This document shows, in pieces, positions 14,089 through 26,654 of a stretch of 64,000 bases of DNA. Where the stretch lies: the NCBI RefSeq assembly GCF_964194025.1, contig NC_134474.1:68200001-68264000 (forward strand), written 5' to 3'. This stretch comes from Convolutriloba macropyga. Taxonomy: Eukaryota. Both the position numbers and the translations under genes were made by a program. The notes beneath the pieces are model-generated. The model made no database searches, was not told where the DNA came from, and worked only from the letters and a program-made list of their open reading frames with translations. Positions within the stretch are counted from its first letter, which is position 1. Each line of letters begins with the position of its first letter.

Positions 14089-14220
14089 CTACGTTAAAAT
14101 TGGACTGAGAAAAATTCTTGACGCAAAACCACTTGCTTTTTTGCTCTACTACCTGTTTCGGCGTGACCAAAATCAAGTGGTTTTGCGTCAAGAAATTTTC
14201 TCAGTCCAATTTTAACGTAG
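14089..14220. mobile_element. 132-bp foldback MITE with ~52-bp TIRs and a 4-bp TSD (ATTG)
   Basis: ctacgttaaaattggactgagaaa..cttgacgcaaaaccacttg is mirrored at the right end with ~2 mismatches; attg at 14085-14088 and 14221-14224. Confidence 0.85.
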
Positions 14221-14818
14221 ATTGAGAAAACGGTGTTTGAATAAAACTTCGACTGTGCTTTTTTGTTCCCCTGCGACGACTTGAATTTGATTTTTAACTG
14301 TTTTTTTGTTTTTATTGGCTTTTTTGAGCGGTTTTCCCAATCCATTAATAGTCCATTCTAAGTCTGTTTTTTGTTATGAAAATTCTTTGAATTGTAGGTC
14401 AGCATTTGTCCGGTTATGTTTTACAGTACTGCGCATGAGCATAAAGAATCACTTGATTTAAACTAATGAAAAAGCATTTGAAATTCAATTACTTCAAAAT
14501 GGCTGAAGCAAAGTAGCCATTTTTTTAGGATTTGCATACAAGGATTTGCAAAAATTAAAAAAAAAAAAAAACTCGCAACTAAATATTCGATAGAAAAATT
14601 TAAGAGCTCCATAGCAAAAAGATCGCAAGCTACTTTACAAGTTTTGGTGACTAAATAATCAAAATTTTGAAAAACACCCTGAAGTTTAAGTTTTTATTAC
14701 AGATTTAGTTGTCAAGGAACGAAGTCAATAACCTGCTAATCACTTCAAATTCGGGTACATAATAAACATGTAAATTTACGGGAAAGGATTATTAGAAACC
14801 AGTCTAAAAGACAAAAAG

Positions 14819-15177
14819 AAAACATAAACGGACTAATGTCGGAAGAATTGCTCTCGAACGACAGGCGGTTGGAAAAACATTTGAAACAACCGTGATTTGA
14901 ACCATTGATCTCTCGCTTCAAAACCATATGCATTACCGACTGTGAAATTTGCCCCTATTTTTGCTACGCTGCAACCGACTTTACAATAGCAACAAGCTTT
15001 GCTTCGAAGTGAGAGCACTAGAGGTCACTCAAAAATGAAGAACGAAAGCGTGAAAGTCACTTGAGAAGTCAAAGAATGTTCTAGAAGAAAAGCGCAAAAT
15101 GGTCGAGCAAAAAATTTGCATAAAAAAGACCAACACGTTTACAATGATTGCTATGAGCTTCGTTCAAGAGCAATTAA
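14819..15177 (-). mobile_element. HINE-like element with tRNA-like cassette (14884-14955)
   Basis: Same termini and body as 9787-10147; B-box-like GGTTCAAATC on the minus strand. Confidence 0.8.
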
Positions 15178-15304
15178 AAACTGTAGACTCATCAAAGGTC
15201 TAGTATCTTGAAGTAATAATTGACAGCCATGTGAAATCCGATGAAGACTTCAACGGATAGTTTATATTCAACGTTTCAATAGCGTCACTAAACACAGGCT
15301 CGAA

Positions 15305-16885
15305 ATAAAACAAAAATTCTGCAGCTTAAACCAATCGGCAATCACACTGTCCAGCATTGATTTTATTAAAATCGGAACCAAAAGCTAATTATAACAAAGA
15401 GGCAACAATTGGTAATTCAAGTACTGTTTTCATTGGAAAACATTATCGACCAAAAACGGACACATTGCTCACAAAAACTGAACAAACAAAACTGGTGAGT
15501 AATAAATTTTTCTGCACCAGCCTCCAGCGCGAGGGTGCTAGTAGAGGGGACAATAGATTTACNNNNNNNNNNNNNNNNNNNNNNNNNNNNNNNNNNNNNN
15601 NNNNNNNNNNNNNNNNNNNNNNNNNNNNNNNNNNNNNNNNNNNNNNNNNNNNNNNNNNNNNNNNNNNNNNNNNNNNNNNNNNNNNNNNNNNNNNNNNNNN
15701 NNNCAGGACAGTTTACAAACAATAACTTCAACAACACAAAAACTGAGAGGACACATACAGCGTCAGGTGACTCTGTTGAGATCTTATAACATCAAACAAT
15801 CGACAAAAAACTATGAGACTTCAAATGACTTAAGTTTTAGGTTCAAGAATAGAGTTTTGGTGCCCTTTTCATAGTTGTAAACATCGAACGGTAGTGTTCA
15901 GCCACCTCAAATTTGGAAGTTAGGCGTGAAAAAATCTCAAAGTCTAGATAATTAAATTATTTTCAAAAACATTACAAAATTGCAAACCTGCTTTTTTTAG
16001 TTTCTAATTCTACTTAAAATTATCTTAACCTTAAAAATCAGCTGTAACTTCAATTTAATGCAGTATTTCAAAAGTAAATTGAACATTCAAGGTTTGTAGA
16101 AAACCATAACACTTCTTTCAATCTTGACTACATATACTTTAAAAGTTTTGGTGACTAAAGAATCAAAATTTCAAACACCCTGAACAAAACAAAGTTTTCT
16201 GCAGCTAAAATCAATCGGCCATCAGACTGCCCGGCATTTAATTTATTGAGATCGGAACAAAAAGCTAATTATAACAATAAGACAACAAACAGTTGGTGCT
16301 CACAAAAACTGACCAAACAAAACTGGTGACTGTTAAATTATTCTGCCCCCGAATCCAGCGCGAGGGTGCTAGTAGAGGGGACAACAGATTCACAAAAAAG
16401 AAAGAAATTCTGCTTTATGATACGATCACGACAGCTTACAAACAATAATTTCAACAACACAAAAATTGAGAGGACATACGCGGTCAGGTGACGCTCTTGG
16501 GATCTTAGAAAATCAAGCTATCGACAAAATATATGAGACTTCAAATGATGCCATTAGAATACTAAGTTCTAGGTTCAAAAATAGAGTTTTGGCGCCCTTT
16601 TTATAGTTGTTTACATCGAACAGTAGAGTTCAGCCAACTAAAATTTTGAAGTTAGGCGTGAAAAAATCTCCCAAAGTCTAGATAAAAATTTATTTTTAAA
16701 AACCTTACGAAATTGCAAACCTGCTTTTTTTAGTTTCTAATTCTACATAAAATTATCTTAACCTTAAAAATCAGCTGTACCTTCAATTTAATGCAGTATT
16801 TCAAAAGAAAATGTCATTTTTATTGAACCATTCAAGATTTGTAGAAAACCATAATACTTCCTTCAATCTTGACTACACACTTTTA
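15305..16885 (+). repeat. Diverged tandem duplication of a ~700-bp unit (15305-16140 and 16185-16885)
   Basis: Collinear shared blocks, e.g. ccagcgcgagggtgctagtagagggga, gaagttaggcgtgaaaaaatctc and ttcaatcttgactaca. Confidence 0.85.
15563..15703. other. Assembly gap (141 N)
   Basis: Run of n. Confidence 1.
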
Positions 16886-19332
16886 ACAAAGAATTATACT
16901 TTTAAATCATGATTTATTATTCGTATGTATTATTATTCCACTAATTATTCAAGGTAGGTTTCAGCTCAGTCAATTGTTTGTTTTTGATTTAGACATTTTA
17001 GAGAAAGAGAAATGTCATTTTGTAGCTCTTGGAGTATAGTTTTGGTTCTAATTATTATTGATTTTTAAACTATTTGAAAAGGGAACTGTCAAATTTTAGA
17101 GCAAAAAATGAAGGAAAAAAACTTCGATTGGGAAAGAGTATTTTGAGAGACAAAAATCGTCATTCTGTAAGCTCGAAAATACCATTTCATTATAACAAAC
17201 ACCTTGCTAAACGCAAAATGACAAAAACATTTTCTATAAAAAAACTAAAAACTATAAAAACAAAAAATTCGAACTGTCTGTCGCTCTTGATTGTTTCTTT
17301 CTTCTATTTGACTTTTTATCGAAAGGATGTTCTCTAAGAATCAGAAACTTTAATTAGCCAATAATAAAAGCAATTAAAAACTTATTTGGGATAAAATACT
17401 TAAGGCAGTTATTTTCGTTGCTCCCGATTTCTGTTCCAATCAATTCTTCTCCAGTGTTCTAAGCCTTAATTGAAATAAGAGAAGATAATAGGGGTGTAGG
17501 ATCGGTGAAAAACCAAAAAAAATCTCAAAAAATTGCTGAAAAAAAATCTCAACAATTTTTTTGCTATTTCAATTGATTATATTACGTCAATTATACAAAT
17601 GATATCAATAAAACACAACACTCCAATTGAAAAGTCGAGAAAAAATTTTTCAAAAATATTAAAAGCAGTGATCAACATTCGTTTTTAAGTTACCGAGAAG
17701 CAAAACTTCATACACGCTACTCCTTTTTAAATTTAATGTCAAAACAAAAGAGGCTGTTTAAAACATTTTGAGATCAAAAAACACCAACTTTTTGTCCGAT
17801 TTTCTGAATTAATGAATACATTTTTAATCTGACTTTTTCCCAATTAACAAATGAAAATTTTTATCGATTTGAAAAACTAGTTTTCTGGCGTAATTACTTT
17901 GAAAAACATCGGAAAAAAAATTATATTACTACTGAGACTTCTTGATATCAAAACAAAACAATCTAAATTAATTGAAATTTTCTAACATTTGCACGCACAT
18001 GCATTTCGCTGAAAACAAATACCAAAAGCACACAAAAAAGTTTAATGAAAAGAACAATAAAAACTTATTCTCCAATAGCATCTTTAATTTTTAACTTGAA
18101 AAATTCAATTTCTGCGATACCAAAATTATGGTTCACTTGTAATTGTTATTCTAATTTGTAAAAATTACAGTGCTCAATGAAAGCCTTCATGTTTCTGAAT
18201 TATAGAACTATGATTTCATATAATGCCATCAGTCTGTTCAGTATCTTATCGGTTGTCGTTAGGCAATGAAAAACAAAATAGTCTGCAGTTAAACAGACCA
18301 TAGTGAAAATTAAAAAAAAATTTTGAACAAGTTATTTGTTGGCAATTATTGAATATTAAAAAAGAGCTTTATTAAAGTAAATTCCAACGTTTTGAGGAAG
18401 CTACTTTTTGGTTGTTCTTAAAGAGGTTTTAGGTGATTTGAAACACATACTATGGACGCCTCAAGCTTATGTCATTTGAATTATATTTTTCTTCTGCAGA
18501 TGTATTACTTATGTTTGCCTTACAATTGCTGATTGGTTAACGTTTTAATACTTGCATTAACAAAAAACGTAATAGGTAGGTTGTAGGTGATGCCCTTGCA
18601 AAAAGGAAAGACCATTTTTGAAAATCATTGATCTGCCGAAGTCTCCACTTGAATTTAAAAACTAAAGGTTGGCTTCTAAGGCCTACAAAATTCTGCAAAA
18701 CTTCATTTTTCATTTGAAAGTTTCAAGTTTAAGATAAAAAATCAGCGTATTCATGAAAAAACTTTTAAAAACTTTAAGCTCAAAAATTTGTTGCATTTCT
18801 GCTTCCTATTTAACTTCGCATATAACTCTTTGTACAAAATTTCAAAAAGATTAAGATGTACAAAAAAATAAAAAAATTTTGTTAAGCTTGGACACCAGGA
18901 AATTTCTTATCGTGCAGTCGGAATAAGACGCAAGTAAAATACAAAATATATGCAGTGCAAATAATAAATATTCAATTTTAATTGAACCAATAAAAATTCT
19001 AGTGATTTTTCTCCGGTGAAGTAGTTTTCATTACTCCGATTGAATTGGCTGTAAAATGAAAACATAGCTTGCAGATTGCCGATAACTAGCCGCAAGAGCT
19101 GACGACGAAAAAAAGCAAGAGAAGGCCGATAATAGCCCCAGCTATTGCTTTGCGGCTATTAAAAATCATTGTGCATGCTCCTGAATTCAGTTTTTTTATC
19201 AGTTGAATTTAAATGCAGCTTGAAATAGTTAGTTATTTGAAAACCGTTAAGTGCTACAGATAAACCGGTTTCTACTTCAAAGAAGCAACAAAAAGACTCA
19301 ATTTCAATCTCTGATTTTTTCCCTCTATATAT

Positions 19333-20060
19333 AGAACAAAACCGACTAACGTCGGGCGAACTCCTCTCAAACGACCGGCGAGCGCTTGGCTTCGGCGAGC
19401 GGTTGGCTAAAAAGGCGTCAACCCTATTATATACTTGTATACTAATAGATTCAAGTGATATATTTCACAAGTCAAGTTGTTGACATTTATCACGATTGTA
19501 AAAACAAGCTTAATACAAGCAATATAAAACTAATTGCGATATTACAACCATCCAAAACAACCATAAAACTTATTGCGATATAACAATCCAAACGATAACC
19601 ATTCAATTGAATTATTTAGGCTCCATAATGCAGAACATATCTTCATTATCTTTATTGCACTGGCTTTGAATGGCAGCAAAAAATTAGAGTATAATCCACT
19701 AACGTCGGGCAAATTGCTCTCAAACGACCGGCGAGCGTTTGGCTTCGTCAGTAGCTAGGCACGGTTTAGTGAGGCTAGCTTTAGCTTAATTGAAGGGGCG
19801 CAGCTTACTCTCTCTGTAAACCGCCCTTCGTACCATAAGTATAAGTCTCCAAAAAAGATTCTGTGAATGGCATACTTGAAAACTATAAAGCTGAAAGGCT
19901 CTAACATCAGTTTATGCCCGCTGGGCGCTACCTGTTTATCCCGTTTCCGAGGACGAAAAGTCAGAAGCGTCAGACGAAAAATTGGTTAAGCGAAAAATCG
20001 CATTAAAAAAGACCGACAGGACTACTATAATTGCTACAAACTTCGTTTGAGAGCAATTAA
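19333..20060 (-). mobile_element. Composite HINE-like element with two hairpin/subTIR ends (~19340 and ~19695)
   Basis: Both ends read c(c/g)actaacgtcgggc.aa.t.ctctcaaacgaccggcgagcg; a single partner TIR cttcgtttgagagcaattaa lies at 20041-20060. Confidence 0.8.
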
Positions 20061-20369
20061 ACAGAGTAATCAAAACTTTTCCAAAAAACTGCCTCTAGTA
20101 GCTTTACGATAATACTCGCATAAGTCTTCTTGTTGGATTTAGCAAATAAATTGTTAAGTTGGTTTGAAAACCGCACGACAATATGAAAAGGATGCTGTGT
20201 TTCAAAAGAAAATGAAGGCTTTCACTTGGCCACATCTCATAACTCCAAAACTATTTGTAGGAAACTAAAATTACAATTACTAGGAAAAAATGTATAGAAA
20301 ATGACATTCGGCAGAAAACTCAAACTGAGGGCATCAAATAATTGTAAATTTAACACAGATATGTCAACT

Positions 20370-22351
20370 TTATGATTGGTGGTTAGAAACTGCAGGAGGA
20401 CCTACGTCACTGCTGTCATCTAAACTATCATTCGACATCGCCTCTGACTTCACCAGGGAACTGAACTGCTGTTGTGGTCCATTTACTATCTCGTTAACTC
20501 GCTCGAAAACGCTATTAATTGACTCTGAAAAATCCATAAGCGGGCTGCTCAAACTATCCGACGAAGGCGGGGTAGGGTACATGAGGCTTTCGGTTTTAAC
20601 AAAAGTTGGGGCTGGGGAGTTCAAATAACTGGACGGAAACCCGCCCATTGGTTGGTTGAATGGGCTAGCGGTGTAATTGTTAAAAGGCCTACTCGAATTA
20701 GCAAGCGTGGCTTCGCGTTTCATATTTTGCTGAGCAGCAATTAGAGTCAGATTTTTCACACTGTAAGTTGAAGGCAGACTGTCGATATCACGCTTCTTAC
20801 ACGCGTCGCATTTCTTGAAAAACAAGCAACTTCTAGCCGCTGATAGAATTGATCGTTGCTTTTGGTTTAAGCATTTCCCGAAATCAAGGTCATCAACAGC
20901 TGGGAACCATTTGAGAACCAGGACTGTCAAACTGTTGACGAAGTTCTCCGGAATCAGTTCAAGATTGTTCTTCACTCTTGAGCTCGTGTTCAAATGCATA
21001 GCTCTGAAGCTGCCGAAATGGAGGACAAACAAGGCTTGGACAAATATGGACGGGTATTTGTACTTGATAAAAAGTCGGTACATAAACTCCTCGTCAAGGT
21101 CAAACACGTCAACAGGAGGAACAGTGTCTATGATTTTGACTTTGTGAACACTGCAATCGGCATGTAAGTCCTCAATTCTGATCTGAACAGGAGCCTGGAT
21201 ATATTTAGGTCCGACAACTTCAGCTTGCAGGGATAGTTGATCAGGTGAAATTGTTGAGCTATTCGGACCGGCGGCGGTGGCTGCATTTGGCGTCGATGGC
21301 GCAAACACTGTCAAATTTTGATTTGGAGACTTTGCCATGTTTCCAGCTGGCGGTGCACTCGAAGGACCTGCGCTACCATTAATAGGTTTTGACTGTTCAT
21401 TTGAGGCACCTTGATTCTGGGTGAGCGACAAAAACTGGGAAGCAAAATTTTGCGCCACGGCAGCGTTCGCGGTGATGTTCGAAGCCGGCGGAGCTACAGC
21501 TCCAATAGGACCTCGAGGAGCAATCTGATTGGGCATATTTTGTGGGTAAAATAAATTTGATCCGGGCAATTTAGTTGGGCCTGGAACCGCAAAACTGCTG
21601 AATTTGGGTGCTGATTGGCTCTTGACAACGAGAGGCTTCACAGGAGTTTGTTCAATGGGAGGTTTTGGCACTGTCTTTACAGATAAAGGTGGCGGTACTG
21701 CTATTGGTTGGAACGTATTTGATGCCGCACTCTCATTGGCTACTTTCGAAGCTACTAAGTCGATTTTCGATCTGGGCGACATGCTTGTCGCACTGTGCGT
21801 TAGTTCGGGGGGTTGATTGCCACCTCTGTTTGCGACACTGATCGCTTGAGTTGTTTGTCTCATTTCTGCCAAAAGTTTTCTGGATAAATTCTGGAACTGA
21901 AGGTCGACTTCAGCTTTGATCAGACATGACATGTTCAAAATGAGTTTTTGGGGGAGTTCTTGCAGGTACTGTTTGACGACAGCTAATTCGTCGGTTATAC
22001 GTTCTAAACTTTCAAAGATAAACTCGTTATCGTCAAATGCTTTCGGCTGATTGTTGTTATTGAAAGGTTCTAATCTTGGCATTTTCGGAGCCTCGGTCGA
22101 GGCATGTCCATTCATATTGGCACTGATACCATTTCTAAACATGGTTGGTGAAATTTTACTGTTTGCCATTGGCTGGCTCATACATTCGGCTTTGCGTTTT
22201 TGAAACTGGCCGTTTGAAGATTGGGAGACTTCCGTCTTTTGATCCGTATTTGAGAGGTCGAGGACATTTCCGCTTTTACTCATATCTGATGATGACTCTG
22301 TAGTTGAAGTTAGGGAACTGTTAACGTCTGAGGAATCTGGGGAGATTTGAT
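20370..22351 (-). CDS. Large terminal exon of a probable BEN-domain nuclear protein (coiled coil, P/S/N-rich linker, BEN-like domain)
   Basis: ~660 open codons beginning at an acceptor (ttttgtttag|AT); first in-frame ATG (MSKSG) near 22284. Heptad segment ESLERITDELAVVKQYLQEL; PSIFVQALFVLHF...N....K..LIPENFVNSLTVLVLKWFP...KC resembles the BEN consensus. The ORF is solid; the domain call is by eye. Confidence 0.7.
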
Positions 22352-23365
22352 CTAAACAAAACAAAATATTTAAAGTAAATGTAGTAACCCATATCCAGTG
22401 GTAATGGATATCTGGTAAAGATTTGAGGCTGTTTGAGTAATGGATACTTTCTCCTTATAGTGAGCCAATCTCCCCCCCCCCCCCCCCCATCTTACATGGC
22501 ACAGAACATATATGCCCCACTTAAAACGTATTCAACATTCAACTTTAAATAAATATAAGCCCCATAACCACATTATTGTATCTGGTGTTCATTACCTGCA
22601 CTAGGGTAGTAGGGGAGGGGACGGGAGCATTAACCACCTCCCCCCCCCCCACCCCCCCCCCCCCCCCCCACCGTCGCAAAACGTATTGGAGGGACCATTG
22701 ACGATAAAGATCACTAACAATTTTTGGGTGATAAAAACCGTAGCAGTTCGCCGAAAAAAGGAAACATTATAAACAATACTCACAAAATTTTGGAATTTAA
22801 AGTTTGCGCTGAAGTTAACGCTTTTCTTAATTTATTAAATTTTACACGCACGTGCAAATTGAGTTCGCATCATAAATTAATTTTAAAGGGTTAAAACAGT
22901 CCCGCTCATGTGCTTTTTCTGAGGTCTCTAACCCTCCGAATTTGGGCACTGATTGTCTAGGAACTGCCCCTGTGAATTATGCACATCAATGACTGATATT
23001 TTTCACATAAAACAGAATGGCAGTCGTAGTAATGGCTCAACTGCAAGTTAAAAAAGGTCAGATGTCTGCAGTGCCAGATTCTAGAATGCCAGTATTTCCA
23101 CTTATACTGACCCAGATTTTAAAACATGCAAGTTTATGCTTCAAGCAACGTTACGCGGTTCTTGATGAATGGCAGATTTTTCAATGACTTCATCAGAGTC
23201 ACGTAACGCAACCCTGTACTTATTAGGCTACAAATCATTATCAAGGTAAAATGAGATCATTCTCAACATAGTCTTACAAATGAAAAAGTCTTAGAAGTAA
23301 AATTTTTTCCTTTATTTCAATGCAGCGACTATATCTTTCCTGGGCACCAAATATATATCCGATAC

Positions 23366-23535
23366 GGGATTTATTCCTGCCCCCCCCCCCCCCCCCCAGT
23401 GTTTTTTGTGACCCCAGTTAAAAATTATATATTATATAGCACGTTACGATGTAATAAAATAGCACGTGCGCCTGGGGGTGGAGGTTACGCTCACTAAGCT
23501 GGGGGGGGGGGGGGGGGGGGGACAGAATAGATCCC
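23366..23535. mobile_element. GGATCTATTC MITE with poly-C/poly-G arms
   Basis: gggatttattc...gaatagatccc; core shared with 5040-5248. Confidence 0.7.
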
Positions 23536-25309
23536 TCATACGCGACTACCTCAGTCAGCACTGAAACAAAACTTACCCCAAGAAACACAAAGCTTTCCGT
23601 TGGCTTCTCAACTAACAAGCAGAGATATATCAAAACAACAGATGACTATTTCAACTGATATTTCAAAAACTATCCATTCAACTCTCAATTCTTTAGATAG
23701 CTCTCTAAAACTGTGAGTTCTAACTTTCTCAAACTTAGATGGTTATGTTTGTTACACACGAGTAACATCAACAAACAATAACTACCAATAACTGAATCGA
23801 TCTATAGCTGAACACAAAGCGATATATAGATGTATATAGCCTATACAAACGCATCATAGTTATTATTAATAATAAATATCTAGACAGATCTTGTACAATT
23901 AGACAATTATATGCATAATATACGAAAACAGGTACGGCTGGCTAAGATCTGATCTTACATCTTCAAATTATGATCGGCTGTTGTATGTGTAAAATCATAT
24001 GGTATATAGCCAACTGTAACTTGTGTTTTGTTTGTACGACCGCCATTTCTTCAGATGTTTTCTCTTCTGTTTATTTTGATAAACAACACCGGATGTACAC
24101 AAAACACACAACTGTGAGTGCTACATGCATTAGTTCACGTTATTTACACAAGTACAACCGAAGGTTTCTTGACAAAATGTTATCCGCAAAAAGTAAATGT
24201 CACGGCGGACAGTTTTTCACAGCCCTACAATGTGAGGAAAAACACAAATTTCGAAAACCTGGGCTAACAAATGCCTTTAATGTGGGCGAAATTATTACGT
24301 TAATGGTTTTCCTTATAACCAGCAATGAATAACTGGAGCAAAAACAAATTCGAAAACTTGGGTTTGTAATTACCCAACCTTTAGTGATTTGTAACCTACG
24401 AACAAAAAAGGGGACTGTCGTCTTTTCTCCTCAGTTTACTACGGCCATCCATAACTAATAATATGCAACTTTCATAACCGCATATAATAATTGTATAATT
24501 GCAATAGCTAATCACACCTTTTGCACGGCTACACTAACCATTATAAACGCCTAAAAAACCAGAAAAAAATGCAGTAGCTCATTCCTAGATGCCCGATGAA
24601 AAGGGAATCTTTGGGGTCAACCACCTCCCCCCCCCCCCCCCCCCAAAAAAAAAAAACAGAGCCTAGATATAAACCCCCCCCCCCGTATTGCAGTAGGTAC
24701 CATAATAGGGGCTAAAATTACCTGCTCTTGCTCATATAAGGTAATAGTAAATCTTTGTTGAGGCGATGCTGGGGGGGGGGGGGGGGGGGGGTCAGCTGGG
24801 GCCAGGTCCCAAAAAAAACTTAGCTCAATATCACACACTAACTTTGCTCATCGTTAAAAAGAAGAAGTCTCCTACAAAGATGCTCTTCTAACTGTCTTGA
24901 GTGTCTCTTATAGTAATGCTTGAGTAAATTGCCTTTCGAATGCCTGCTGTACATTTTCTCTTGTTGCATAAACGACAAACAGCTGGAACACCTTGCCTGT
25001 AAATTCTAGGAAGTCTAAAGAGATCATGGTAATTAGCTCGACAGCTCATTATATCGTCTGAAAACACATTTTGCTTTATGACTATGACATTCTGAACACC
25101 TGGTATGCGTATGACTGATAGTCTGAGAAAAATTTGGTCAAATTTCATTCATGACAGTGTTCGGGGGGGGGGGGGGGGGGGGGGGTTCTTCGTCCGTTTT
25201 TTTCCGTTTTGAAATGAGTTACGTGAACCTATTGTGAAACTACTATTATATTAGTTGATGACACATAAGAACGAACAAGCTATTTAATAGACTTACATGC
25301 ATTTATATA

Positions 25310-25665
25310 GTTAGTACACACACAAGCTGCTGTAAATATTGTGTTGAGCGTGTGTGGTTCATATGTGCGTGTCATCGTGTGTGCATGTTGGTGTGAGTGA
25401 GTATTCATATATGTGTGTGTGGTTGTGTGTGTATGTTTGTATGTGTGTTTTGAGTGTTTGTGTTTATGTGCATGTGTATGCATGTTTTGTGTGTGTCTGT
25501 TTTGTGTATGTGTGTACGTGTTCGTGTGTGCTAGTGTATGTGTGGGTATAAATGTGTGCGCGTTATTTTGTGTATGTGTGTACATATGTGTGTATGCGTA
25601 AGTGTCTATACATGTGTATCTGTTCATTTGTGAGTGTGCGTGAATCACCGAGTGTTTATGTGAGA
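25310..25665 (+). repeat. Degenerate (TG)n microsatellite tract
   Basis: gtgtgt-rich low-complexity sequence. Confidence 0.9.
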
Positions 25666-26654
25666 GTAATAAGACGGATTTTGTTCTACAAACTCAAGAC
25701 AAGTAAAACTTACTTCCTATTTGTAAATAAAAAAAGGGCTATGTTAGATCAAAAACTGACCTTCCGATGAATAAATAGATTGAATGAACAGACAATACAT
25801 GACTCTCTTCGATTAATTCTTTCAACTCTGAATAGTTTATGACCCCCCCCCCCCCATCATTGTGTTACTACGGAGGTATGGGTCGCTATACTGCTCATTC
25901 CCCGCTATCCACTGCTGGGGGAGGGGGGTGGGCTCGAAATAAATTTTATGAAAACAATAATTACAAAATCATTGAATTTCGCTCTGGATAGGGAAAAAAA
26001 GACCAAGAAAAAAATTAGGGAAACCCATTATAATATAAACGAAGACTAGACATGCCGCGATTAAAAACAGTTTATATAATCACAATGTCCCACCCTTTCA
26101 ACTACAATTTATTTCACCCCGATTTTAATTCATATATAATTGCTACAATTAGCTCCCAAAATCACGGATAATTTGGGTTAGGGAAAAGGGGCTATGGGGT
26201 GCAAAGTTTGCAAAGAGTTCAATGATGATATGAAAGTAGAAGTCAAAATATATGACGCACTACTAGTAGCAGAAAAAGAGTCTAGTTTTCCACCTCTTCT
26301 GGACAAAACGTGGACACAACTATGATAATATGATATTAAAAGTATGTGGGGCGGGGGGGGGGGGGGGGCTAAATACTGGGCCCAAAAATAGTACTTATAA
26401 TCACATCTATCTTCCGGCAAACACTTCGAGGCCCGAAAAAGGTTTATAGGGACAAAGTTTGAAGATGGAACAATCATTTTATATTCCTACTAACCTTCCT
26501 GGTCGCTGTTCTCCATTGCACACATTCAACTTCTCTGTGAGATCAAATAACAAAAGATAAGAATCAAACTTTGTTTTCGTCAAAAATGTTTTCGCTATAC
26601 AGTAATGACAACAATTCGTAATGTTAAAATAGCCGCAAAATAAGGCAATACTTG

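Noticed and set aside
7011-14955. Functional tRNA genes
   Set aside because: Stems are imperfect and all three lie inside repeat copies; treated as tRNA-derived cassettes.
15357-15789. ORFs spanning the N run
   Set aside because: Artefacts of the assembly gap.
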